DNA of 48,793 nucleotides, from NCBI GenBank assembly GCA_011109175.1, contig RDEW01000021.1, positions 830,049 through 878,841 of the forward strand. The letters are read 5' to 3'. A program made the translations under genes and the position numbers. Below are positions 1 through 12,714 of this stretch, one piece after another (positions within the stretch are counted from its first letter, which is position 1; each line of letters begins with the position of its first letter). Below the pieces are notes generated by a model. The model was given only the letters and a program-made list of their open reading frames with translations, did not search any database and was not told the origin of the DNA. This stretch comes from Dicyema japonicum. Its lineage: Eukaryota; Animalia; Dicyemida.

Positions 1-1
1 A

Positions 2-800
2 GTGTGCATTGAAAACATTAATTCTGTCTCCTGTTTAATCCCAAATGGAGTACCCCAGGGTTCTCCGTTATCACCATTCCTATTCAACCTATTTACAGCT
101 GACATTCCGACGCCGAATGGAGAAGACGACCTGCTTCTGGCTTATGCAGACGATATCGTCTTAGCCTCACGAGATAAGAACACTCAAACAGCGACGGAAA
201 GAATGCAATACCACATTGATCGACTATTCGAGTGGTTTAATGAAAATCGGATTTCAATCAATACCGAAAAATCTGTTACAACTCTCTATACCTTAGACAA
301 AAGATTGTCGAACAGGACAATAGAAGTTACTGCGGAGGGAAGAGTATTGCCGTTCAGCAAATGGCAAAAAATATTGGGTATGACTTTCGATACGCACATG
401 AACTTTACGAGACACGTCACTAACGTGCTGAACAAATGTGAGAAGAAAATCAACCTTTTGAAATACCTAACAGGTCGATGGAAAATTGGACATCATCCTA
501 TATTTAAAACTTTCTACTCACATTACATCGAACCATGCATTTCATATGCGTGTACTTCATGGGGACCACTGGCCTCTTATACTAACATCCAGAAAATCTT
601 CGCTACCCAGAAAAGGGCCTTCAAACTAACCGAGAGATGGTATACAAAGAAAACCCATGGAGAAACTAATCGAAAAAAAACAAAAATGGACACAAATGAA
701 AAAAAGGAAGTGCTCGCCTCCAACGAACTTGTGTAGGCTCAAGGGATCAACATTGAGCAAACATGAGAACCTTGATCCAATTCGTCGGGATCATTTAGTT
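2..800 (+). mobile_element. Non-LTR retrotransposon (I/Jockey-group LINE) reverse transcriptase fragment
   Basis: RT motifs GVPQGSPLSPFLFNLF, YADD, INTEKS and LGMTFD..F..H. The reading frame decays after about 640. TCGGGATCATTTAGTT near 787 resembles the 3' region of the other I-group copies. Confidence 0.9.
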
Positions 801-1387
801 TAGTTTTTCGGTTTAACAATGGTCTTTGGAATTAATTTTTTTAATTAATGACGGCACTAATCACTATGCAACCGAGTCATAAAAGGTACAGCTTTCGGCT
901 CCAGAGGAAGTCGAACCCCCGATGCTCTACCCCTGAGTAATAAAGGTAGTTAATTATATAAATCAACAGAATAAATGAGATTTCGTTATGATTCAGTAAC
1001 CTTATTCTTCACATATTTGACGATTCTGACTCATTTTAAACTCGATTATGGAACCATTAGTTATCAGTGGGTTGGCTCAGTATAAAATCTAAATATTATT
1101 CGCGGAACATCATTTAATACAATGTTTCCTAACCTGTGCGGTAGTTTTATATTTTGGGCGATGGAATTTATAATTATAAAATATTATTTAATTGATAAAA
1201 TTCAAATTGTAATACAGTTCAACCCCTGCCCAAATAGAAAACGCCCCAAATACAGAGGGTGCCCTAATACAGAGTAAAATAATTTATCCTTTTTTTAAAT
1301 ACTATTCTTTAATTTTTTTAAATTAAATAGCATGTTAATAAAAAAGCTTTTTTATTTATTAATTAAAAAGCTAGTTTTCCCCCCAAT

Positions 1388-1712
1388 GCCGGATGGCACA
1401 GTGTGACGGTCGCGGGGCAAGAGGCCTGAAGGTCACTAGTTCTAATCCCGATACTGCACATTCGGTTGAAGGTTCCACGCATCAATATGCTTCGGCTTGA
1501 CGAGTGACGCCGTCATCAGTGAACTTCACTGCGGAATTGAATCGTCTATAAAGGACATACACCCAAGAAAAAGAAAACAACAAGTGAAGAGCATTCCTCG
1601 ATCCTCCCTCGATTAGCTATGATAACTGTTCTTTGCTTAAAATAAAGTGTGTGTTCTGCCTGCGGGGAGCGATAACAGATATGGCTCCTCGGAAAGTGCG
1701 AATATTATTAAT
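1388..1712 (+). mobile_element. tRNA-derived SINE, copy 1
   Basis: Degenerate tRNA-like head, core TGACGAGTGACGCCGTCATCAGTG at about 1499 and a 3' body shared with five other copies. Confidence 0.8.
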
Positions 1713-2090
1713 ATATTGTATTTTTCCGCAATTTTTTTGAGACGCTCAGTCTGAAATCATAATATTCTCAAGTGCTTCAGGACAAGCATTAAATTATGAA
1801 TTTTGACAAATGTGATGCATTCTTGGATGTATATAACCTATATAATTTAACTCCATAATCCTCAGTTCTTATATTTTTAAGGCATCNGCTCCTCGGAAAG
1901 TGCGAATATTATTAATATATTGTATTTTTCCGTAATTTTTTTGAGACGCTCAGTCTGAAATCATAATATTCTCAAGTGCTTCAGGACAAGCATTAAATTA
2001 TGAATTTTGACAAATGTGATGCATTCTTGGATGCATATAACTTATATAATTCAACTCCATAATCCTCAGTTCTTATATTTTTAAGGCATC
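1684..2090. repeat. Tandem duplication of about 203 bp (probable assembly artefact)
   Basis: Two adjacent near-identical copies starting GCTCCTCGGAAAGTGCG at 1684 and 1887, differing by a few substitutions. Confidence 0.9.
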
Positions 2091-2340
2091 TCGGTTATTT
2101 AAACTTTCCAATAACCAAGGGTACCTATAATAATAACTAACGGTTTTTACTTCACCTTTAAATCTATATCTTCGTTACCAAAACGATTTTCATCTTTAGT
2201 GACAAATGATTTATTTGAATTCTTTTTAATGAAAATAAAGTTTCATCACAAAAATGTCTCTTCCATATAAAACTTGGTCAAAAACTTGTCATCTCTTCGT
2301 AAGATTTTTTATTTGAATTTTGTCGCTAGAATTTTTTTCG

Positions 2341-2540
2341 GCCGGGTGCATAGTGGTTAGGTGTCGGGCTTAAGTGGCTTAGGCTACGGGTTCAAATCTC
2401 GCTGCTGTTCACCTGGTAGAAGGTTCCGTGCATATACGATGCAGAAAGGGTTTGACAAATGACGCCGTCATCAGTGGATACTCACTGCGGAACTGGGTTG
2501 TCTAGAAAGGACCCACACACAAGAAAAATAACATATCCTG
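2341..2540 (+). mobile_element. tRNA-derived SINE, copy 2 (3' truncated)
   Basis: A box TAGTGGTTAG, B box GGTTCAAATC, then the core TGACGCCGTCATCAGTGGATACTCACTGCGG. Confidence 0.85.
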
Positions 2541-2619
2541 AAACTTAATCAAATCCTTGTCTTCGCCGGTACCCTGTTTCCATTGTCATGGCAACGATAT
2601 ATAAAATCAATAGACAATG

Positions 2620-3110
2620 TGATCGCTTATTTAAGAAATTTTGACAGATTTGTCGCTTTGTACGATACAATTATTGACTTTCTGAAATTAGCTGATCCGT
2701 TAGCAACGATTCTAACGCATCACAAGAAAAAATTTTTTGAGCAAGGTTTAGTCAGAACTTAATGAGGTTAGAAGAAATTGAGGTTATTTTTAGGTATCTC
2801 TGATGCTACAAGAAGATCATCATAATAGATGATAAAAGAATAAAAAAATATTTTATTAATAAAATCGACTTAATATCGTTTTTATTTAAAAAATGAACTT
2901 TTTACTTTCCTGAATTTGAGGAGGTTCAGATCGTATAAATTTGGAGATTTACACATCGCACTTATCATCACTCAAAAATGTGCTTATTTTCCGTTTTGAT
3001 GATTTTTCTGATTTTTGATAAACCCCACTGGAATATTGATCAAATTTTAAACTTAATGAAGTAATTAAAATAATACATTAAATAAAATTTTTGAGGTATG
3101 TTAATTTTTC
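2620..3110 (+). mobile_element. hAT (Buster/Charlie-like) transposase remnant
   Basis: Broken frames give RNFDRFVALYDTIIDFLKL and YTSHLSSLKNVLIFRFDDF, resembling Buster-type catalytic-region motifs; contains stops and frameshifts. Confidence 0.55.
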
Positions 3111-4049
3111 AAGGATAATTAAAGTCAAAAATAATTAAATTAGAGAGCTTGAGTGGTCAGGTTGTTTCCTCTGACGATAGCTATTGAAAAACGCTATCAC
3201 TTAATGAAGTAATTAAAATAATACATTAAATAAAATTTTTGAGGTATGTTAATTTTTCAAGGATAATTAAAGTCAAAAATAATTAAATTAGAGAGCTTGA
3301 ATGGTCAGGTTGTTTCCTCTGACGATAGCTATTGAAAAACGCTAGCGAAGCCATCCAGTCTCACGTAGATCTTTGGTGACCCTTTGGATCATTCAGCCGA
3401 TCCGACGGACTAGTCTAAGAAAATATTACACCTAAGCATGCCTAAATCTAATCTCAACCCTAATCAAGACCTAATCTCAATTCTAATCAATACGTCAATC
3501 AAATATCAACATTGAGCCAAAAAAGATCAAATTTTTTTCCGTAAGTGGGCAGTCATAAATCGTTTTATTCTGCTTCGATGGAGATCTATGGGCACTGTCT
3601 GCTCTTTTATGTCTAATGCTTGAAAATTATTGAGTTAAATTTACTCACGAAAGATGAAAGTTCAAAATAGGGGACGTGAAAAAAGCTGGAGAACCGGCAG
3701 TTGATACAATCATTCAGTGACCTGATAAGTCCTAAGCTGAAGTGGGAATTAATCAATCTTCTCGTGTATATGGACAACGGACATGGGTAACATCGGAAAA
3801 CCCAAGTTCTAAACAAAGAAAACGCCAATTAGCTAAATCTCTACATCCAAATTCTGTGTATCCCTCGTACTATTAAAATGAGGTAATTGTCTCCGGCGTG
3901 TAAGAGGTCAAGTCCCTAACATAGAAGTAGACAAAAATCAATAATTTAAAATCAACTATGAGATCAGGTAACCCAGAAGCACCAAGCAATGAAATTTATG
4001 CAAAAATATCAGAATTGATAACAAAATCAAAAATATCAAAAAGTTGAAG

Positions 4050-5490
4050 TCACCGAGATATCACAGACTTAACCGCAGACCTACTAAGAGTGGATGCTGA
4101 GCCTCTTTTAGATTTGTCTGTAAAGAGAAAGGCGATCCCGGTAATAAGGGAAGTGACCGAATGAATAATAAAGACAAGCCCCGTATAAAAATTCAAAGAA
4201 ACCGAATAGATGGCCATAACCGTGGGACTCATCGCCAACAACAGAAAACTCTTCAGTACAAATATCAAGGCGATAAGTCGTCCTAAAATCAGGTGACCAC
4301 GAACTACCATTCTCATTCTCATCCACCAAAGAGATCAACAGTGTCTTGCAATTCGCGATATTGAGAGAAGAGACCGAGTACAACACAGCTCCTGGAATAA
4401 CCCCATTTCTCACCAATGTAGATTAGAAGATAGCTATCAGCTAGTCCAGAAATCATGTATCCCCCACAACTGATCACCCCCACCAATGATGCGAGTATTC
4501 TTACACTCAAAAGGTTTTTCTTCAGAAGAAAAACTCCAAAAAGTCCAAAAAGTAAAGAACAGGCTCCAATCACAGAAGTTATCACCGAATATTGGAAGTT
4601 GGTCATAAGAAATGGGTCCCCACTAAGGTACAAGTAGGAGATCGTGTAATATCCTGCGGAAACATGGAAAAATACCTACGAATGTGAAGTAAACCACCAA
4701 ATATAGGATTATGTGACCAAGAAGTACTAATCGGTTATATTTACGTGGAGCAAACAGAGAAACTATGGAACTGCCACGTGAATAAATAAAAATACAGCAA
4801 CTTTGATTTGAAGGATTCGTCCTCTGTTTCAGGTAGTCTGAGATTGGAGATGAACAGGATCGGGTAGACTACACAGAAGAGGCACAATATTGAAATAATT
4901 ATGAAGCACATGTCATAGTTCCCTGTCTGGGTGAGGAAACCCCCCAAGAAGGTCCCCAATATATACCCAAGGGAGGTGAAAGTGTCCGCCAGCAGGATTC
5001 TCCAAGAAAGAGTTCCAGGAGAGGCCGTTTTGGCGATGTAAGAAAATGAGGTCATGGTAAACACGGTATTTCCTCCAAAACCGGATTTCAGGAGACAAAA
5101 CAAATAAAAATATTTTGTGTTGAGATTCAATTTAAAGACAGTGATGAAGCCAAGGATTCCCACGAGGAACATACTCATGGAGAGGACCCAAGAATTGACG
5201 AATTTCCCCTTGTCCACCAGCAATCCAAAGTAGAGTACTACGAGGAAGGGTATCAGAGTTGACAGAAATCCATAGACTGAGAAAAAATGACTGGTTTCTT
5301 GTTGCACGTGGCTTCTCTTGGCGATAGCCGAATTATCAGTTAAATTCTTTGACCTCAAAAATGAGCAATCCGTGTAAATTTCACTACAAGTCTTCTCGTA
5401 AATTAATGATTTTAAGGTGATAATTTCCACTGAGACCATGAAAAATGAAATAAAAAGCAGAGGCTCGGCCTTCTTTAGTAAAAACATCAT
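4050..5490 (-). CDS. SLC46A: SLC46 family (PCFT/HCP1-like) MFS transporter, multi-exon
   Basis: N-terminal EPLLF motif, about 12 hydrophobic helices, GFGGNTVFTMTSFSYIAK and LISLVDENENGRLIAL. GT-AG introns of 25, 22, 22 and 25 nt join the ORF fragments into one frame ending in TGA at 4050. Confidence 0.85.
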
Positions 5491-5929
5491 AAAATGGCAA
5501 AATGACTATTTTATCGTTTATGAAATTTTATTTAAATTTTATTTTTAATATGTTTTTAATTAATAAAAATATTTAATATTAAAAAAATATTAAAGGGTTT
5601 TCTGATTTCGCTGGCGACTTTTTGCATATTCTTCGTTTGGATGTGGGACACCGTGTAACCTCATTATGGAGTATTTTTCAATCAAAATGTAACTGGATGC
5701 ATTCGTGGATAAAGAGAATTATGATCCCCTTCTGTCTGGATGAAGATTATGCTCAAATTGGTGGGAAAATGAAACAACGAAAGCGTGCAAAGAGGAAAGC
5801 TGCATATGGTAGAACGGATGTCAAAGAGCACGACCAAACGGAACCCTAAATATTCATATGCTTATGGGTAATGGGGGGGGGGGTACTTTTAACTGAGTAA
5901 CTAAATTTAGGGGTAAAGAGATTAGAGTT

Positions 5930-7640
5930 GTCTTTGTTTTCCTAAAAAAATTCATTTGTCCATCCTAACCGTTGAAAATCATTCTTATCCTTTTAGAGCT
6001 GACTGCAACAGATTTTTATCTTCTTTCTCCTCAAATAAATCAGTCACCTCTCTTCTATCCACATCCAATATAATGCCCACACAAGACAAAATTTTCAGTT
6101 CCAAGTCCCTGTTTATGTAATTCGTTCAAGTTAAATTCCCTCAACAAATCATAAATAATCAGCATGGTTATCTCTTCCATGTTAGAATACCAGAGTTATT
6201 TATTAGAAAATTCTAGAACCCCCACCGAATATAAATACCCTTGTCTCTAAAGGGGAGACTTGATTCCTTATTAAATGACATTGCTAAAGGCACCCCCGTG
6301 TTTCCCATAAAGACATGAATACTGGGTCTTGCTTATGCTGTACTCTCTACTACTAGTTTCCTCCACGTGGAGTAGACATAATGAGAGTACACAAAAGACA
6401 GAGATTAGTAGATCACTCAACCACTGAGTCCTTCACAGCTCCCAATCTTTTAGAAGTCTCTGTCTTGGATAATTGCTAGGGTTGTCCTTGGTCATCCACG
6501 GAAGTAACTATTTTGTTAATGACACTAACGTGGTACAATTTTTTGACTTGCAGAAACATCATCATTAATTTTTGTTTAGTCCACACATTATAGGAGGAGA
6601 ATTAGTATTCCCCCTAAAAGGTCGACTTATAAATACACAAATGAGTTTCCATGTAAAACAAAATTGAATCCATTCCATTTGAAGTACAATAAATCCCCTC
6701 TTCTATTCATTAATCAGCTACTCTCTGATCCTGGGAATTCAGGATGATCCCTATAATATTTTAGGTTTATCATAGTTCACACATAAACTGACTAACTTCC
6801 ACCTTTTAGTAAGGTCATCCTCCGTTTTTAATTCCTACAAGATCCCTCAACATAAGTAGACTTCAAAGCAAATTTATATCCCGGAAAGCCTAATGGTTAA
6901 TTGGTCGGAAGTTAATGTGGTGACGTATTTCTATTACACGAAATGTTTACTAAGCTCAATGATGGGTGAATGTCCTTGTATTCTTCTCGTGAGCATGCAC
7001 GAGATGATGGACTTATGACATCGAAATAATAATTTCTGTTATCGCTCCCCGCAGGCAGAACGCACACTTTAAGCAAAGAACAGTTATCATAGCTAATCAG
7101 GGAAGATCAAGGAATGCTCTTCACTTCATTGTTTTCTTTTTCTTGGGTGTATGTCCTTTATAGACGATACGGTTCTGCAGTTAAACACTTTAAGCAAAGA
7201 ACAGTTATAATAGCTAATCGAGGGAGGATCAAGGAATGCTCTTCACTTCATTGTTTTCTTTTTCTTGGGTGTATGTCCTTTATAGACGATACGGTTCCGC
7301 AGTTAAGTCCACTGATGACGGCGTCACTCGTCTAGCCAATGACATCGAAAATCAAAGGTTAACAAAGAAAGTGTCTGGCTGCAAGAACTTGGGAGATCAC
7401 TAGTCAATCGCTGCACTTATAAAGTGATGGTTAACGTTATTAATATCTTAGATAAGGGTTCCACTCATATTCGAAGCGAACTGCAGTCAAATCAAAGTCT
7501 TGGCAGGCTTCAAATATTATTGAGTGTGCATAGATCAGGAAGGAAATTATCAGAAAAACCACTGGAGAGCCAAAACGGCTAAGAATTGTTCCCATAACAA
7601 AGCCATAATGAGACAGTCGTTTAGTCTCCCTCAGCGTTGC
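5930..7640 (-). CDS. Possible multi-exon hypothetical gene, SINE inside
   Basis: Several 20-60 codon open stretches (e.g. ELKTEDDLTKRWKLVSL, RGDLLYFKWNGFNFVLHGNSF) separated by 19-30 nt GT..AG segments. I could not assemble a full frame. Confidence 0.3.
7040..7335 (-). mobile_element. tRNA-derived SINE, copy 3 (5' truncated, internal duplication)
   Basis: Reverse-complement core CACTGATGACGGCGTCACTCGTC at about 7310; body matches 1520-1680; about 105 bp duplicated internally. Confidence 0.85.
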
Positions 7641-7715
7641 TAAAGTTTGGATAAAAACTGGACTACAAAAATGAACGAAGGGATTTAAATGTGAATTATC
7701 AATATTAATTATGAA

Positions 7716-8148
7716 TTATTTGGGATTTAAGAAGTCATCAACTTTTTTATTCAATTTGACGCTCTTGGACCTCTCTCTAGCAATCTTGTTGTTGTAGTGC
7801 GCCTTTTTAAAGTCATCAATTGTGTAACTCGTATTTTTCTTTAATTCACCGGACTCTTGTTCTAGGAACACGTCAGGTTGAGTTTTTTCCACCGCATCCT
7901 TGAGAAATTTGAGATATTCCTGCTCTTTCTTTTTTTCGTTGAGTCTCATTTTGATCGAATTCATCTTTTTTATTTCCTGTGTTTTGATCTGGTCGACTTG
8001 TCTGTCCAGCTTATAGGACAAGTGACGATTTTCTATTTTTTTGATGCTGTGTTCCATCCAGGGGTGCGTTTCCGGAGTTCGGTTCTCTCTAAGTTTTAAA
8101 TTGATAATAAACTTGATTTTTTTAGACTTCCACCTAGGAAAAGGCATT
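7716..8148 (-). CDS. Hypothetical lysine/glutamate-rich coiled-coil protein
   Basis: Uninterrupted frame of about 144 codons from MPFPRW, with heptad-like charged segments; no family recognised. Confidence 0.55.
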
Positions 8149-8319
8149 GTGACGTGGTAGATGAATTCGTTTAAATAATTTGTCAAATTCGCCGTTAAAA
8201 TGCTAAATCGCTTAAGAAATTATAAGCATCTACTTTAATGCTCAACCTCAGCTTATATTACAGCCATTTTCCTCTCAAATCAACTACAGTCACAATTACT
8301 AGTGAAACCATTACTGTAC

Positions 8320-9370
8320 TCTTATTATTACCCCCAGGATCACTGAGTCAGAGAGAAAGAAATTTACTGTACTCTTATTATTACCCCTAGGATCACTGAG
8401 TCAGAGAGAAGTTTTCAACTAAGTGATCCCAGACCGACAAGGGAGAGGACGAGTCCGGCGGGGTCGAGAATCCTGTACTGCTCTTCTCATCGGACATAGT
8501 CGGCACAAACTTTCTGAATGATTGTAGATATTTCGATAGTGTATAGAACAGGGTAGACCAGCCGTTTTTAAAAGTTTCTGTTATAATTCGATTAAGAAAT
8601 TTTCAATGGGTTGGATTTTGTGTTCTGGTTCAATTAACTTTATTGTTGTCTCCTGGATTGCGGATAGTTTCAAGGACGAGGAGCATGAAATCTGCATTGC
8701 CCACGAAAGACTTGCATGTGTCTGATAAATTGTTGACAAATTGTGGCAAGGCTCCCAGTTCGGTCTTTAAGTGTTTTGAGAGCACTTTTAGGATTCTCAT
8801 TTTCTTCAGAGCACANTTTCGATAGTGTATAGAACAGGGTAGACCAGCCGTTTTTAAAAGTTTCTGTTATAATTCGATTAAGAAATTTTCAATGGGTTGG
8901 ATTTTGTGTTCTGGTTCAATTAACTTTATTGTAGTCTCCTGGATTGCGGATGGTTTCAAGGACGAGGAGCATGAAATCTGCATTGCCCACGAAAGACTTG
9001 CATGTGTCTGATAAATTGTTCATAAATTGTGGCAAGGCTCCCAGTTTGGTCTTCAAGTGTTTTGAGAGCACTTTTAGAATTCTCATTTTCTTCAGAGCAC
9101 AAGTTACATGTCGGATAAAAAATAGTCCCTGATCAAAGGTGACCCCAAAAATCCTAGGTGTTTTTTTAATAGGAATAGCCTCGTTCTTCAAGACTTCGGG
9201 TATCCGATGCTTCAGGTATCTCTTTAATTCATTAAGAGAGGTTATATCCACCTTTGAGAGATGAAGACATTGAGTGTACTAGAGCTAGACTACATCATGT
9301 GGTCGACCTTCCAGCCAATTAAACACTGTTCGGTCACAGTCTTAAGCATTGTTAAGTTGACTCTTGAGCA
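8320..9370 (-). mobile_element. I/Jockey-group LINE, internally deleted 3' fragment
   Basis: RIFGVTFDQGLFFIRHV thumb motif, C-terminal SLCRLC and SPLSVWDHLVE, and a 3' end TGATCCT(A/G)GGGGTAATAATAA present twice. About 300 bp is duplicated around the N at 8816. Confidence 0.85.
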
Positions 9371-9559
9371 AATGCATTTTTTGAAATTTCAAACTTTGAA
9401 AAACCTTATTATTTTTTAAGAAAAACCTTGGGGGATTGTGGACCCTCGATGGAAGGTAAATCTGTATTCACCTTATTAAAGTGTAAAACAATTATTTTTA
9501 TGAGATCTGTCATGGCGAGGATCAATTCGACCAGCCTACATAGCAAGACAGATTGGAAA

Positions 9560-9895
9560 ATTATTATTAAAATTTATTCCAAAGACGATGAGTAACCAAA
9601 CTAACTCCATGATAATGACTCGTTCCAGCCTTCCAGAACTTGTCTCTTGAAAACGAAATTGTCCGAAAATTATTATTAAAATTTATTCCAAAGACGAAGA
9701 GTAACCAAACTAACTCCATGATAATGACTCGTTCCAGCCTTCCAGAACTTGTCTCTTGAAAACGAAATTGTGCCCCGGGGAAAGAATAGTAGGATCCTTT
9801 TGATGCCGGCCAGGGAGTGGATCCAATGACGCCATCGGAGAGAAGTAAAATAAATTTTTGACTAACTAGCCACATAGGACCACATGGCATTAAAC
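9560..9895 (-). repeat. Unclassified dispersed repeat 'family X', copy 1
   Basis: GTGGCTAGTT..GATGGCGTCATTGGATCCA..CCTGGCCGGCATCAAAAGGATCC shared with 28013, 35570 and 46561; ends in a TAATAATAAT tail. Confidence 0.8.
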
Positions 9896-10631
9896 GGCTT
9901 TAAAAAAATAAATAAATAATAAACAGGAAGAAACCAATAGTCGAGTAAATGGGGGGAGAAATTAATTAAAAAGTTATAGAGGTTTATAGGTTAAAACCCT
10001 GAGAACTATGACCTTAGCCCCAGACATTTCATGATTTTAAGGGATGTTAATAATTTAGTCAATAAATTAAATTTAGTCAACCAGAAAACACCCTCATAGT
10101 CAGATTTAAAAAAAATCATTTATTTTAATAATGATAAGTTATTTTTATTAAATGTATAAATCTAGGATGGTACCACTAGAAAAAGTCTTTTCTAATTTAA
10201 ATTCTAAACCCTTTATTTATTAAATTTAAAATAACTTAATTTTTTTTAGTAATATGTAAATTGTCAAGGTTTTCCTACAAAATATAGAATATTAAAGATA
10301 GTTAATTTTTTAAAATTAAAAATAAATTTATCATGGTTTTCTAAATGTCTACTTCGTTCTGTGACGGATAAAAGTCCTTGTCTTTGTTTTTCTCCTATCA
10401 AGGTGATAGACTCTGAAGGCAGGAAAGGTGTAGGTGATAGACTCTGGAGATATCGGGAACAGTCTGAAACACGTAGGGCCCGGGTTTGATTCTGTGAGAA
10501 CTTATAGCTTCTTATCCTTAAATGTGTTCATTATCCAAAGATGGAAATATCCAATCTCCGCAATTTCCACTTTTACTGATATTTTGGCTTATAAGTCGTT
10601 GATGAGTATTTTACTCAGCGTCAAATATAAA

Positions 10632-12610
10632 ATGTTTATTTTTGTTCTGTTTTTCCGTGGTTTCAGTCAGTGCCCTTACATCAAAGTACCGAACAATATC
10701 AGAAAATACCAAAACTCCCAAGTCTTCATATTAAGCATATCGTCTGACAGACGAGTCAAACATAACTGGCCATCACAATTAACTCTCAAATGCTTTCCGG
10801 AAGTAAAAGACAGAGGGTTGATTGTCCATTTTATTTCCAAGACAGAGGGTTTGGGTAAACAAATATTCTGCAAACTATTTCTCAAAAAACATCTCAGCCA
10901 CGTGGAATTTGACTGACAAAGACGATTACGACACTTTTGAGCCTCCCTACTGCCGATTTTACGTGGACGGAAAATCATGTTTGATTGACACTAACGATTG
11001 GATCCACAGATCAGGTTTACCGCGTTAATATTCGTAGAAATAAAATTACTGATACAAAACAACTCAGTTATCAACGCATTCTTGAACCAATCTTTGGTTC
11101 TCCGGTTATTCGAGGTACTCCCCGATGATCTGCCTTTCATTTCCGACCGAGAAGATCAAATGACTGAATGCAATCTCCCAACTGCTTTCTTCGAAGCAGG
11201 TTCACGGTCACGAGTATTTTAGAAACTCTCTATATCCCCAAGGTGACTGGAGAGAAGATCATTAAATCTGTGATATATGGGATGCGGCTTGTTTACACCA
11301 TAAAATACGACATCTGTAAATTCGTTTTATTACCCCCAGCTCCGAGAAACCACGAGGTACATCGCGAACAGTGTGAGATCCTCTACCCCGTGAAAAACAC
11401 TAAAATCTACAATTATGATCACAGCTTCTACAACGGGTTGAAAACCACAAATCAGGAATTCACCTTTTCCTGTCTAAACAACCGACTCTCCAATGGGTAC
11501 CCATGCCTCTTTAATCAGGGACATAATCTATCGACTCAAAAACAACGAAATCACTGATTTGAATTCTGCCTTGTTCTCTTCTAAGGGACTATACGAACTG
11601 TATTGTGAAATTGTCAACAGACCATACTCACGTGTCAGTTTTTCAATTATATCTCCCCGTAGTTGCTTTGGTTAACTTTAAGTTCCTCCCAAAATTCTTT
11701 CCGGATTGAAAAACTGCAAAATTATCGGGAATTTATGCGATTTTCGTTTGAACGTTAATCGTGGACGTTATGTCGACGACTTGAAGATTTCCTGGTACTT
11801 TAACGGAATCAAATTGACACGTTTGTACATGTAAGGTCAATCCTAGTAAACAAACACGTGGAGATCGACGAAAGCGGGTTTAATTTGGTCATCAACATCT
11901 CCGATTATAAGAGCGGAAACGTGCAAGCCATAATAAGCAACAGATTTGGTTCACAAATGGCCAGTGCCTATGCGGAATATGTTGGTATGCTCTTTGATTT
12001 GAGTAGAACCCCCATATTTTAAGATCGATCTTCCCGAGAGTGTGATCCCCAATTACAAGAATATCACCATTGAGGCTAAAGTTTACTACGATGGAATGGA
12101 AAATGTTTCAATGTGGTGGACCATCAACGGGGAAATACTCAACAAGAGCAACAAGCCTAGTAATGTGATTTCCTCCGTCAATGTTAAAAGATACACGTGG
12201 TTGGGGGTAGCTTTTCTAATTTATAGCACTCTGAAAATCGAAAATGAACCACAGATCACCATGGGTGACGTCTTCTCGTGTTTCTTCAAAGCGGGACCAC
12301 TCGTCATTGAAAGCATAGGATCAAAGATCACACCATTCGGTATCCACGTGGTTTGATAAGTCAGAAAAGTCAAACAACGTTAATGTTTATTTGTACGGCA
12401 TTGGTGGAGGACTTATAGGCTTGATTATTATACTTATAATATTGAAGTTTGTCTGTCCAAGATATAGGGGAACTTATTGCGGTAATTTCAAATCACTAAA
12501 TTATAGTTGAATCGAAGGAAAGAGAGTATGGATTACTCAACAAGACAAATTCATTGAGTATTTATAAGGAACCATTGAGTATTTATAACGAAGACTCTGA
12601 TCACATTTAG
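10632..12610 (+). CDS. Ig-superfamily type I membrane protein with an L1CAM/CADM-like juxtamembrane motif
   Basis: Hydrophobic N-terminus MFIFVLFFRGFSQ; Ig-like strands (ISWYFNG...AIISNRFGSQMASA; SMWWTINGE...FSCFF); TM segment LYGIGGGLIGLIIILIILKFVC; tail RYRGTYCVESKERE. Ten GT-AG introns of 22-26 nt give one frame ending in TAG at 12610. Confidence 0.8.
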
Positions 12611-12714
12611 TTTCAATTTATTTTATTAAATAATTTAAGTTACAAATTTATTGTTTTATTAATTATTAATTTTGGTTAAATAATAAAATTAAAAAAATAA
12701 AAATTGTTGACTTT

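Noticed and set aside
900-940. Collapsed tRNA-like A/B boxes on the minus strand
   Set aside because: Too short, with no SINE body; at most a relic.
2341-2415. Functional tRNA genes at the SINE heads
   Set aside because: No complete cloverleaf or acceptor stem; each head continues into the shared SINE body.
3430-3500. Telomere-like CCTAAT/CTCAAT repeats
   Set aside because: Short and irregular; more like a transposon subterminal or low-complexity tract.
4727-4744. Candidate 18-nt intron (GTAAATATAACCGATTAG) in SLC46
   Set aside because: After removing the upstream 25-nt intron the segment reads through in frame as PRKYNRLV, a plausible basic loop before a TM helix, so no intron is needed.
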